Shown: piece after piece, positions 41,996 through 55,000 of the stretch
Numbering within the stretch: the stretch's first letter is position 1
Layout of the letters: each line of letters begins with the position of its first letter
The notes under the pieces: model-generated
What the model was told of the DNA's origin: nothing
Database searches by the model: none
Seen by the model: only the letters and a program-made list of their open reading frames with translations
Translations under genes and position numbers: made by a program
NCBI GenBank assembly: GCA_964188305.1
Contig: OZ076887.1
Reading direction: 5' to 3' (one strand)
DNA length: 64,000 bases
Source: Podarcis bocagei
Taxonomy: Eukaryota

Positions 41996-42753
41996 TATAT
42001 ACCTTCTTGGTATGACTGAATGCAATGAATGACATGAGACCAACTCATTTCAACATGCTATCTTGTACACTACATTTCCATTTGCAAGATTGGCCAGAGG
42101 CCCAGTTTACTTGATGATATCAGGAAAATAAGCTGTGGCTCCCTCCTCTTTGCACTCCTCACTTCCAATATCATAGCAAATGTTTCCTGTTACACCTCAA
42201 CTCAGAAACACTGGTTTAATTTCTGCTTAATGATCTAGTTATAGCACCATGTCACCCACATCAATCTGCACATTTGTGCTGTTACATGCGATCATCACCA
42301 GCCCCTAAACCTCTATGAACTCCACCAGGGGATACTGCTCTTCATTCTCTTTCTATAAAATAAATTTAATCTAATCTTTCAAGTCGTGTTCAAGGTGTTC
42401 CTAAATTACTTACGTTTGCCCAAACCTGATCCAACTATGGACCAGATTTGGACAGACTAGTGATGGGCTGACACAACATCATCAAACAATCCTGACTGAA
42501 AAAATTCCTCAAGTGATGAATAGGTGTTCCAGTTGAGATGTAACTGTGATAATGAATAAAATGGATCTACACCATATTCTTGGTTTCAGATTTAACTGAC
42601 TAAGCAGCAATTAGTTTTTAAATCACCTATCCAATGTACATGCATTAATAAGTCTAGAAAAATGTAAAGTATCAGCACACTAGTGTTTACATTACTAATC
42701 TGTCTGTATTATGTATGCATCTATAATAAGTATATACCACATACTTGATTTCA

Positions 42754-42984
<231 letters not shown>

Positions 42985-43516
42985 CTAAACTGAACATGTT
43001 AAATCCAATTATTTGGAGTAAGTAAGTTGGAGTGTAGTAAGTTCTAAGCATTCCCTTAGCCAAATCCCATACAATGACATTTTCACCATGGCCATGATGA
43101 GATTCCTTACCATTTCAAAGAATCCTGATTTAGCATTATGTAAAAACCAGGAATCCTGATATAAAGTTGGCTTATTTAGCAACTAATAATAGATTCTTAT
43201 ATATTATTATGAAATCCAATTTTTTTGAAACTGAGAATGATCTCAGAAGCAGTTTTCTTCCTGGCCATACAAAAAGTGGATGAAATAGAGAGGCACTCAC
43301 TGAATTTCAACTACATAACACTAAACCATAGTTTAGTATTACATGCAAACCAGCCCATTAGGATCTATAATATTTCCAACACTTCCACCCTCCAAAAATT
43401 TGTTCTCCTATCTTGCATGATCAATATTTTAAACTATCTGAAACAATTAAAAATATATATACAACAGAAGAATTTCAGTAGGAAGGCACAGCAATCCTAT
43501 AGAAAGCGGAATGTTA

Positions 43517-43723
<207 letters not shown>

Positions 43724-43759
43724 TCAGAAACTGTCAGAATTTCAGGAGTGCAAAGATTA

Positions 43760-45718
43760 CCGTATTTTTCGCCCTATAGGACGCACCGGCCCATAGGACG
43801 CACCTAGTTTTTTGGGGGGGAAATCAAGGGAAAAAAATTTATTCCCCCCCCCCCCCCAGGTTTGCGCAGCCATCCCCAAGCTAGAAGAGAGAGACAGAGC
43901 GCTCCATCTCCCTCTTCTGCCTTCAGGGACAGCATCTCTAGCCTCCGTGGGGCAGCGGCTTGCCCCGCTGTCCCCCGAGCTTATAGGGCTGGCGATGGGG
44001 AGAAGCAAGCTTGCTTCTCCCCCCGCCAGCCTCCAGATCAGGTCCGGGAATAGCGGGGTGGTGGCGCTCTGCCTCCCCGCTATCCCCCGAGCTTGTGGGG
44101 CTGGTGGGGGGGGGAAGCAAGCTTGCTCCCCCCCAAGCCTTCAGATCAGGTCAGGGAATAGCGGGGTGGCGGCGCTGCGCCTTCCTGCTATCCCCCAAGC
44201 TTATGGGCTGCAGGCTGCTGCCTGCAAGCCTTGCGACCCCGCAGGACCTCGCGCCGGGATCCGGGGGGTGGCACGGAGCTGCAGGAAGCCCTGGAGCGCA
44301 GGCAGCTCCGCGCCACCCTCCGAAGCCCCGCGCAGCTTCGCGCCGGGATCGGGAGGGTGGCGCGGAGGTGCCTGTGCTCCAGGGCTTCTTGCAGCTCCGC
44401 ACCACCCTCCGGAGCCCCGCGCAGCTTCGCGCCGGGATCCGGAGGGTGGCACGGAGCTACAAGAAGCCCTGGAGCGCAGGCAGCTCTGCGCCACCCTCCA
44501 GAGCCCCGCGCAGCTTCGCGCCGGGATCGGGAGGGTGGCGCGGAGCTGCAAGAAGCCCTGGAGCGCAGGCAGCTCTGCGCCACCCTCCGGAGCCCCGCGC
44601 AGCTTCGCGCCGGGATCGGGAGGGTGGCGCGGAGCTACAAGAAGCCCTGGAGCGCAGGCAGCTCTGCGCCACCCTCCAGAGCCCCGCGCAGCTTCGCGCC
44701 GGGATCGGGAGGGTGGCGCGGAGCTGCAAGAAGCCCTGGAGCGCAGGCAGCTCTGCGCCACCCTCCGGAGCCCCGCGCAGCTTCGCGCCGGGATCGGGAG
44801 GGTGGCGCGGAGGTGCCTGTGCTCCAGGGCTTCTTGCAGCTCCGCGCCACCCTCCAGAGCCCCGCGCAGCTTCGCGCCGGGATCGGGAGGGTGGCGCGGA
44901 GGTGCCTGTGCTCCAGGGCTTCTTGCAGCTCCGCGCCACCCTCCAGAGCCCCGCGCAGCTTCGCGCCGGGATCGGGAGGGTGGCGCGGAGGTGCCTGTGC
45001 TCCAGGGCTTCTTGCAGCTCCGCGCCACCCTCCAGAGCCCCGCGCAGCTTCGCGCCGGGATCGGGAGGGTGGCGCGGAGGTGCCTGTGCTCCAGGGCTTC
45101 TTGCAGCTCCGTGCCACCCTCCAGAGCCCCGCGCAGCTTCGCGCCGGGATCGGGAGGGTGGCGCGGAGCTGCAAGAAGCCCTGGAGCACAGGCAGCTCCG
45201 CACCACCCTCTGGAGCTCCGCGCAGCTTCGCGCCGGGATCGGGAGGGTGGCGCGGAGGTGCCTGTGCTCCAGGGCTTCTTGCAGCTCCGCGCCACCCTCC
45301 AGAGCCCCGCGCAGCTTCGCGCCGGGATCGGGAGGGTGGCGCGGAGGTGCCTGTGCTCCAGGGCTTCTTGCAGCTCCGCGCCACCCTCCAGAGCCCCACG
45401 CAGCTTCGCGCCGGGATCGGGAGGGTGGCGCGGAGGTGCCTGTGCTCCAGGGCTTCTTGCAGCTCCGTGCCACCCTCCAGAGCCCCGCGCAGCTTCGCGC
45501 CGGGATCGGGAGGGTGGCGCGGAGCTGCAAGAAGCCCTGGAGCACAGGCAGCTCCGCACCACCCTCTGGAGCTCCGCGCAGCTTCGCGCCGGGATCGGGA
45601 GGGTGGCGCGGAGCTGCAAGAAGCCCGGGAAAGCCTGCATTCGCCCCATAGGACGCACACACATTTCCCCTTCATTTTTGGAGGGGAAAAAGTGCATCCT
45701 ATAGGGCGAAAAATACGG
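43760..45718. mobile_element. Non-autonomous Tc2/pogo-like DNA transposon carrying GC-rich tandem arrays
   Basis: TIR CCGTATTTTTCGCCCTATAGGACGCAC / GTGCATCCTATAGGGCGAAAAATACGG; TA on both sides (43758-43759, 45719-45720). Confidence 0.9.
44241..45626. repeat. 89-bp quasi-palindromic minisatellite, ~15.5 units
   Basis: Unit starts at 44332, 44421, 44510 ... 45578 with an 89-bp period. Confidence 0.97.
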
Positions 45719-46189
45719 TATTTTTAGAGATTTGGTCAACTTGAAAGTTGTCATGATCCTTTCACACACTAGGTACTAGATGCAAAGAGACTGCACAATA
45801 AAGCTGAACATTAAAAAAACACAGGTGGCTGAAAATTATCCTGAGAACTAGGATTACAATGATCATATATGCATAAAATCCAAAATTCTACTAACTTATC
45901 CAACACTTCAATCTCCCAGGACATTCTATATAAGATCTTAAAGTAGCTGTCTTATTGCAAAAGAATTTTAGACATATACTTGAAAGAGAAGTTGCTGAGT
46001 TACAACTCATTACCAAACTAAAAACTATGGAGATACCTGGTCTGAATAGAGATATTGGATTCATGTCCTATTATACATTCTAAATCTAATTTTGGTCATC
46101 TATCCCTTTAAAAATCCCTTGCCCTTCCCTGTGGAACCAACTGCTATCAGTAACAGTCATCAACAGTTATAAGGTTGCAGCGACCTCTG

Positions 46190-46280
46190 CTTCAGAGTAT
46201 CTGAAGAAGTGTGTATACACACGAAAGCTCATACCTAGAAAGCTTATACTTAGTTGGTCTTTAAAGGGCTACTGGAATTA
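46190..46280 (+). mobile_element. Penelope-like pLTR remnant with a minimal hammerhead motif
   Basis: GTAT CTGAAGA A GTGTG-TATA-CACAC GAAA GC TC ATAC, followed by TTAGTTGGTCTTTAAAGGGCTACTGG, typical of reptile Penelope ends. Confidence 0.7.
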
Positions 46281-46645
46281 TTATTTTTTAAAAAAAAATA
46301 TGTAAAAATTCTTTGAAGGACGGCCTTAAGACAAAAAGACTTGATTCTCTTAAGGGAGTTCTTTTTGGATCATCTTTTAATAATTTTTTTTAAATCTTTC
46401 ATCTTGTTATTTATTATCCAACAATATTCATTCTTCATTCCTTTTACATTCTTAGCTGAATCAGAACATTTGTCCACAATCCCTACTATTGTGGTATGGA
46501 TGGAGCCCTCACTGATTTCTAAGTGGCACTTGTCCTGTCTCCCCTGCCCTTCCTTTCCTGTTTTGTTTCCAACAGACTCCTAAATATTTCATGCCTCAGC
46601 TACTCATAACCACATACTCAACATACTCAAGATCAAAATGGCTTA

Positions 46646-46777
<132 letters not shown>

Positions 46778-47623
46778 TCACAAGCAAAACGGTTTTTTGC
46801 AATGCTTTCTCTAGATTTCACAAAAGATCATATTGCAATCTAGTAATACTTTTAAGTGCACTAGTCTATTTAAGGTTTCTTGAATTCTTGACTAACAGCG
46901 TTAGATGGAATCTGCAGGGCATACACAAAGTGCTGTGTAACGAGAACAATACTGCAATCCTATACACGCCTACTCAGAAGTAGACCAATGCTCAGCAAAG
47001 TCCAATGGATTTACTGGGACTTACTCCCAGGGAAATGTGCTTAGGATTGCAGCCCAACTTTTATTACCCAACAACCTGAGCCTAATGCCAAAGCTTCCAC
47101 CCTATATAATCTGAAGCACGGGAACCCCTCTAGGTGCTGTTGGACTACAGCTGCCATTGGATTCAGGCAGCACAGGTAATGGTCAGGCACTAAGCAAAAA
47201 AGACACTAAGGAGAATTGTTGGATAACACAGCTGGAAGAGAGGAATCATGTAGAGGCAGAACAGAAGCCTGCAGAACACAAGGTCAGGATTATGCAAGAG
47301 AGCTTTTTTTTTAAAAAAAAAAAACACCTCACATGGGGATGGAGCAAATATTTTTAAAAGCATTTTTCCCTCCCTAGTATATATTTTATCTTCTAAGGGC
47401 AGCTCACTTTGTTTGCCAAACCCACCTATCCACCTCCGATCACCTTGCCAAAACCATCCCCTCCTGTTACTCCTTATCAAAACCCTTCTCCCCCTGCTCA
47501 CCAGCACACACACCCTTTCAGCTTGCCAAATCCTTAGGCCATGGGTGGGAAATGATTTTGGTTCCATAGGGGTCAAATTTGATAGGCATTCCTTATGATA
47601 TACACAAATGGTTAAGTTGCTTA

Positions 47624-47878
<255 letters not shown>

Positions 47879-48356
47879 TCATCATCATAATATTCTATTT
47901 CTCAATTTGACAATCTTCCATCTCACTTCCCAATGTCTGTTCCAGTGTACTGATCATTATGGACATGGACAAAAAAATCTGAACACCAAAACAATAATAC
48001 TTTTACTCAACCACTATCCAAATCTATATTGAGATTCAATGTTTCTAGACACAATTATTAGATACTTCACCTGAGCACATATTTTAGCAATTAAGCTTTC
48101 AAAGGCAGAAGAGGATAAAGGTACAGTATATCATTTATGTATCATTTAAGAACGTTGCGACTTAATGGAAAATCACAAGTCTTTCTCAGACACTGCTCTC
48201 CTTACAAGATGGCCTTCAACAAATCCTTTGCTTACTGTTTACAATTCAGACATCTAGAAATCAGCATCAGGATGCTACTTAGCAAATTCTACTGCTACAT
48301 TTTTAAAAGTTATGAATATGTCACTAATACGGGGTTTGAGAGGAGGAGCACTTTAC

Positions 48357-48427
48357 CAGCACTAAAAGATGAGCAGATCATTTGGACTCCAGGTCTTGGA
48401 CGCTCTGTAAACTTTGTTGGTCTTGGA
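48357..48427 (-). CDS. PHIP: PHIP exon 10 ([23 protein letters not shown])
   Basis: AG/GT, 71 nt. Confidence 0.95.
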
Positions 48428-48744
48428 CTGCAAGGTTAAAACACACAGTTAAAACCATGAACAGAACCTAAGACAGCAACTGAATTAGTCAGTAGCTCAT
48501 AAATAAAGGCATTAATCTAAATGAGAAGGAAGACTTAACTAAAATAGAGTTCATCCTACTCTCTTAGGCTAAGATATATTCTGTCACTGGAAGCTCAGGT
48601 TGCCTCAGTGGCTAGAACTACCTGCAATTGGTTCAACAGCTACAGCTATTCCTAGACAGGGAAAGTCGAGCCCCAAAAGTTAAAGGATTGGTAATTTCAA
48701 GACTCATTGTGGCGTTTCCCATGTTTTGATCCAGAAGCTGCAGA

Positions 48745-49110
48745 TAAAGCAGAACACTGCAGCAGGAATGAGACCTGTCAGCATATAGCACCTGTGTTCA
48801 GAGACCTGCACCAGTTGCCAATTTGCTACCAGGCCAAGTTCAAGGTGTTACTGCTAGTATATAAAGCCCTTAACAACTTGGGGCCAGTTTACCTGTGAGA
48901 CCTCCTTACCCCATATACACCTACTCAGCAGCTTCAATTTGCAGAACTGGCATATTTACAGGTATCACAAAGTACCCACTTTGGAACTCCTTGGCTATTG
49001 GTATCAGGCATGCACCTTCACTGTACTCTTTGTACAAAACATTTTTGTTTAGATAACTCTACCCAGATATTGAGAGTGCTGGTGCATATTTTAATCTGTT
49101 TTTAGTTTAT
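48745..49110 (+). mobile_element. Old L2-clade LINE fragment
   Basis: Encodes HIAPVFRDLHQLPICYQAKFKVLLLVYKALN. Confidence 0.75.
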
Positions 49111-50884
49111 TAGTGATCTCTGTGAAATAGGTTGCAATCAGCAACCAACTCCATGCAATGTTAATATGGGGGCAGGGGTAGGGGGGAAAATTTTAAAAAA
49201 TAAATGATGGCATGGTTTTTCTCTTGCAGTACTTCACCAACTGCTTGTTATAAATCAGAGTCTCATTCATTTCATAATTGCAAAAATCACCATGCTGTGC
49301 ATCAGAAGCCAAGATTTCATAAAATTATTATTATTATGCTTTATAATGATGGAAGTAGCTAGGGTTACTTCTGATACTAAATCTAGACACAAGCCCTAGG
49401 CCTGGACAACATGTAGGAAATCTTCTTTAATTATATTCCCTGGGCAATATTGTAGGATTCAAATTAGGATAATGAAGCAAACTCCATTGTAACAGAAAAG
49501 CAAAATACAACCTTACCAAAGACAGGTTTTTATAACAGTATACGTTTTAGTTCCTTTTACAGGGATCTGAACAGTACTTTGTAGTAATAAAATAAAGGCT
49601 GTGATGCATTAGAAACCACATCTGTGTGTTGGGTATTGTCAGTATTTTCCAGAGCCATGCCTTTTTATTTCTTTTTGAAAGGACTACAAAGTCATTTCAT
49701 AAACTGTCTACTCTTTGCCTAGAGCAACTTCAAACTTTCCCCTGCACTACAGGTACATTGGTGTTTGTTGCAATAAATATGAAAGATGTGACAGGGAGAC
49801 AAGTCTCCAAACACACAATGGGTACATGGCCTAGAGCTACAGCCACATTGTGAATCCCGGGTATATATCCCAGGTACATTTTCCGAGTTTCAATACACAA
49901 ATCAAGAATCCCATCCTTTCTTATGCTCTAATATAGGAGAAAGCCAATCAAGGGTTGCTAACATAAATCAGTGGCCTATTGAAGTCAGTTTCATTAAGAG
50001 TATTTCCTGTAAGAACACATACTATCTTGGTTAAAAAACGTATTGATTTGTAATTAAATAGATCTGGCATACAGCATAGAAGCACTATCTAAAACATATG
50101 CCCATGCTACCTACCTACATTTTGCTCTATGAAAATGTAGACACTTACAATGAGGGTGGAGAACTGAATATGGCCAAAGGGCTAGATTCTTATCTTCCTC
50201 CCTCATGGCCCAATTTGACAGGTGTCTAAGGCTGCCCATCTGTTAATCACCCAATGTCTCAAAGACGTCCAGTAGAGTCATTGATTTACCAAAGAGGTTA
50301 CATTAGTAGCCTTAACATGGATGTTTACATTCAGCTCAGACATTTTGAAACGTTTTTATAATAAAAAAAATGCTGTAACTGAAATTAGTAAAACAGTAAA
50401 CAGACTGTGTTTAAATGCTGCATCATCATTTCAAAAGTAGTAATGGGAGGAGACTTTTGAACCCTAACACTGAAGATTCGTGGCTTAGGCAGCAATCCTA
50501 CACATACTTAACTAGAAGTTTAATTAAACTCAATGGGACTTGAATAAGAATAAACTGTAAGTCTATAATCCTAAGAACATCAACCAAGAAGCAAGCCACA
50601 CTGAAGACAATGTAGCTTACTTATGAATGAACAGGCATAGGATTTTTCTGTTATGCTAGTATGAATCCCCTGCTACTTTTTCTGATATATAGAAAGCAAT
50701 ATAAATTATAATATTAGCACCGACACACACAGAAACAACCTAGGGCAGAATTCTATGGAGCTTCCTCTACTTCTGCTGTCCCCTCCAGACCCCAATGCAC
50801 ACATAAAACCACCTCTGGAGAGTTTGGGGGGAGGGGAGAGAATAAGAAATGCTCACCAGCGCAGGATAGTTTGAGGATATTGCA

Positions 50885-51568
<684 letters not shown>

Positions 51569-51918
51569 TTATAATTCTTGATTTTTAGCAAACAGTGAAA
51601 ACAAGTGATCCAAATGATTCAGTATAAAGTGAAATTTCTATCATAATTACCACTTCTATAAAAAGTTACTTAATCAGCCACATGCATAAGTCTGTCAGAA
51701 AGCTCTTCACTGCAGGCAGAAGAACGCACGTGCACGCACACACTCACAAACAAAATCACAAATAATATTCCTTCTCCCCTGCCATTGTCTTTGTTCAGAA
51801 CAGTTAAAACCTATACTGTTTCAAACATGAATGCAAAATAATCCACTTAACAATTCACACATAAGCATTTGTCTAAGCATTTGATATCTGACTGAGCAGC
51901 CCTGCCTTGTTTAAGTCA

Positions 51919-52269
<351 letters not shown>

Positions 52270-54324
52270 CTAGTTTATGAGCTTAGCTAGTTTATGAGAC
52301 TCCAATACAGATTTCATATGGATCCTAATACGGACCCTGATATACACTCATTTGGATCCAAGCAATCCCTTCTGCAAGGAAGTTTGCTTCTGATTCCTAT
52401 TCAGTCATTGTACGGAATGTGAATCTCTCCTCCCTGCCCTGCCCTGCCCAATAGCATCACACACCTTCCTTCTACAGCAGAAATAGACATATATATTTCA
52501 ACAACTGCAAAAGTTACACATGCTAAAAATTAAGAAAGAGCAAAACATTAATGATATGATGGCAAAGCTACAGAATTAACGCAATTAAATTGAATTCCAA
52601 ACACTGCATTAAATGCCAGCATTTCTGTTAAAATAAGCCTTTAGGGACTATTTACTGCATTGTGTTAAGAAAGACTTCTTATCCTTAGCATCATTTACAA
52701 GTTCTCAGTGTACGAGTGCTGGCATAGGTAATTCATGGAGAAGAAGAAAAACCAAAATCCTTTTAGTCTGATTGCCTACTTTTAATTATCACTTTCACTG
52801 AGATCTAAGCATTACAACATTAAGTCTGACAGCAAATTCTCTTAATAAGGGAATGTATGAAAGGAAGTTCAGTGAGACCTATACGGGCCTATCGAGAGGG
52901 GAGAGTAGACTACATCTTTCCCAGTGACCCCATACATAAGCAACTTCCAGCACTGCGCTCTGTTCACTAGAGCAGTATAAGCAACTGTAATTGCCACCAC
53001 AACCATCACCAATTATCATGATCACCAGAACAAAAGGGCTCAAGCCCATCTAAGCCTTTTCCCAAAACTCCAAACATTGGGGGGGGGGGACACAGAGAGA
53101 AATACAAAGCGCATATAGCCATGACTATGTCTGGGGGCAGGGGAAGTTGAACCCATAGTTTAAAGTTACTAATACAAATATTGCCACCACTACTTTTAAC
53201 CTTTTCCAGCAATCTTGCATTTTATGTTGCCATGCAGGTAGGAAATGCTGCAATCTTCCACTAGGATTGTTGCTATATTAGACCTAGAAGTGGTATCAAT
53301 GTTCCAGTGTTTTATCCAAACACTCTGCATGGCACCTACAACAAGAGCTGTATTAAGAGTAAGCCCCCCACCATCCAATTGTGTTTTTCAATCAAGTTGT
53401 TGGGATCCTGCACCCTCTGCTGGTTCATATAAGGCACTGCACAGTTACAAGCAATTCAGTTAAGGCCTGCGGGGCAAAGAGTGGAAGATAAAGGGGCAGG
53501 AGACAGTATTAGCTGCTTTTGTGGGGAGCAGGGAAGACACCAGAGTTGTCAATAGGGGAGTGAAAGGAGAAATGGCAGAAATCAATGCCAGGGGTCTGCA
53601 ACCTTTAAGACAAAAAGAGCCACTTGGACCCGTTTCCGAAGGAGAAAAAAAACCTGGGAGCCGCAAAACAAGCCAAATGTAAATAACCACACATTCTTCC
53701 CCTTCCCCCATTCTCTTTTCCCTGAGTCTATTCAGATAGCAAAGAGGGGTATGGTACCTCTCATATCCATTTTTTGCAAAGCACCATGTGCATAGAGGGC
53801 ATTATACAAATTAATACATAGAAAAGTGTCTGTCCCTCCCTGCAGTTCAACTCCCTCTCTTTTTACTAACAGCACATATCCATTCCTTCTGCTGGTGCAA
53901 CTTTCTCATCATTTCTACATAGCAGCATTTATAAACCAGTGCCAGAGAAACTGGGTGAAAGGAAGGTGAGAGGGAAGAGATATGAATATTTATGTGTGTA
54001 TATGTATACATACGTATACCTACACAATTACAGGTTTGAAGCCAACTTAAAATAAAAAGAGCTGGTAAGCAAAGGAATCTGTGGTGCTTTCCATGGGATC
54101 CAGGGACATGTCAGCTAATACTCTTCCCTTTCTTCTTCATTTGCTTGTCTCTGCAGCAAATCTCAAGGGGGAAGGGCAGGAATTGCATAGGCACGAGAGA
54201 AAGGGGGAAATCCCACATGCAGGATTTCGGTGCCTAACAGCCCCCCCTCCCTCTGCAATTGCTCTCATGCTCCCCCGCTTCTCTCTGAGGCCGAGATGCA
54301 AGGCACGGAAAGGGATCCCGAAGC

Positions 54325-54412
54325 ACCACACCACACACCCACACCCACACCCACACCCACACACACACAAATACCCCGCCCCGCCATTTCCCTCGAGCGC
54401 GCGCGCGCGCTC
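54325..54412. repeat. (CACACC)n tract followed by GC boxes and a (CG)n run
   Basis: CACACCCACACCC..., CCCCGCCCCGCC, GAGCGCGCGCGCGCGCTC. Confidence 0.85.
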
Positions 54413-55000
54413 TCCCCCTCACCTCAGGTGCCTCGCGCGGGGCTGAGGAGAGCGTGGCCTGGGTGGGCGGCTCTCAACGTCACGCGGCGCGCGGGGCCTG
54501 AGGGCGGGTGGGCTGCCGCGACGGCGAAAGGGAGCGCGCCCTGGCGCGCCTTCCTGTCACCGCCCTCCTCCTCTTCTTCTTCCTCGCTCCCTCCACCATG
54601 AGGGAAGAGGCACCGCCGGCGCCGCCGTGAGCTGCTCGGCCGCTTCCTCACCGTCCTCCAGACGAGGCGTCCCCCTCGCCGCCACCGCCGCCCGTCCTAC
54701 CCCGGGGGAAGCTATGAGCCATGAAGCCGCCTGGCAGAACTTCCCTCCAGAGGCATAAGCAGCAGCAGCAGCAGCAGCCCTTCTCCGGCCGCCGCCGCTT
54801 CCTCCTCCATCCCAGCAGCCGCCGCTTCTCGAGCTCCGCTGCCGCCGCCGCCTTGCTTTGCCCGGCTTGGCTGCCCAGCTCCATCCCCCTCCTCTTTCTG
54901 GCGCTTCTGCTTTCCTGCTCAGGGTCCCCGAGGATCTGCGGAGCCGCGGCAAATGTGTAAAAGAGCCGCATGCGGCTCCGGAGCCGCGGGTTGCCGACCT
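54375..55000. promoter_or_regulatory. Intragenic CpG island in PHIP intron 7
   Basis: Very high GC and CpG density against an AT-rich background; GC boxes; not a tandem repeat. Confidence 0.8.

Noticed and set aside
44241-45626. Resemblance to a CRISPR array or shufflon
   Set aside because: The spacers are one sequence in two orientations rather than unique; no cas or recombinase genes; vertebrate intron context
43812-45769. Long ORFs (346-630 aa) in all six frames
   Set aside because: Produced by a stop-free, GC-rich, quasi-palindromic 89-bp repeat that cycles through all frames; no transposase or other domain is visible
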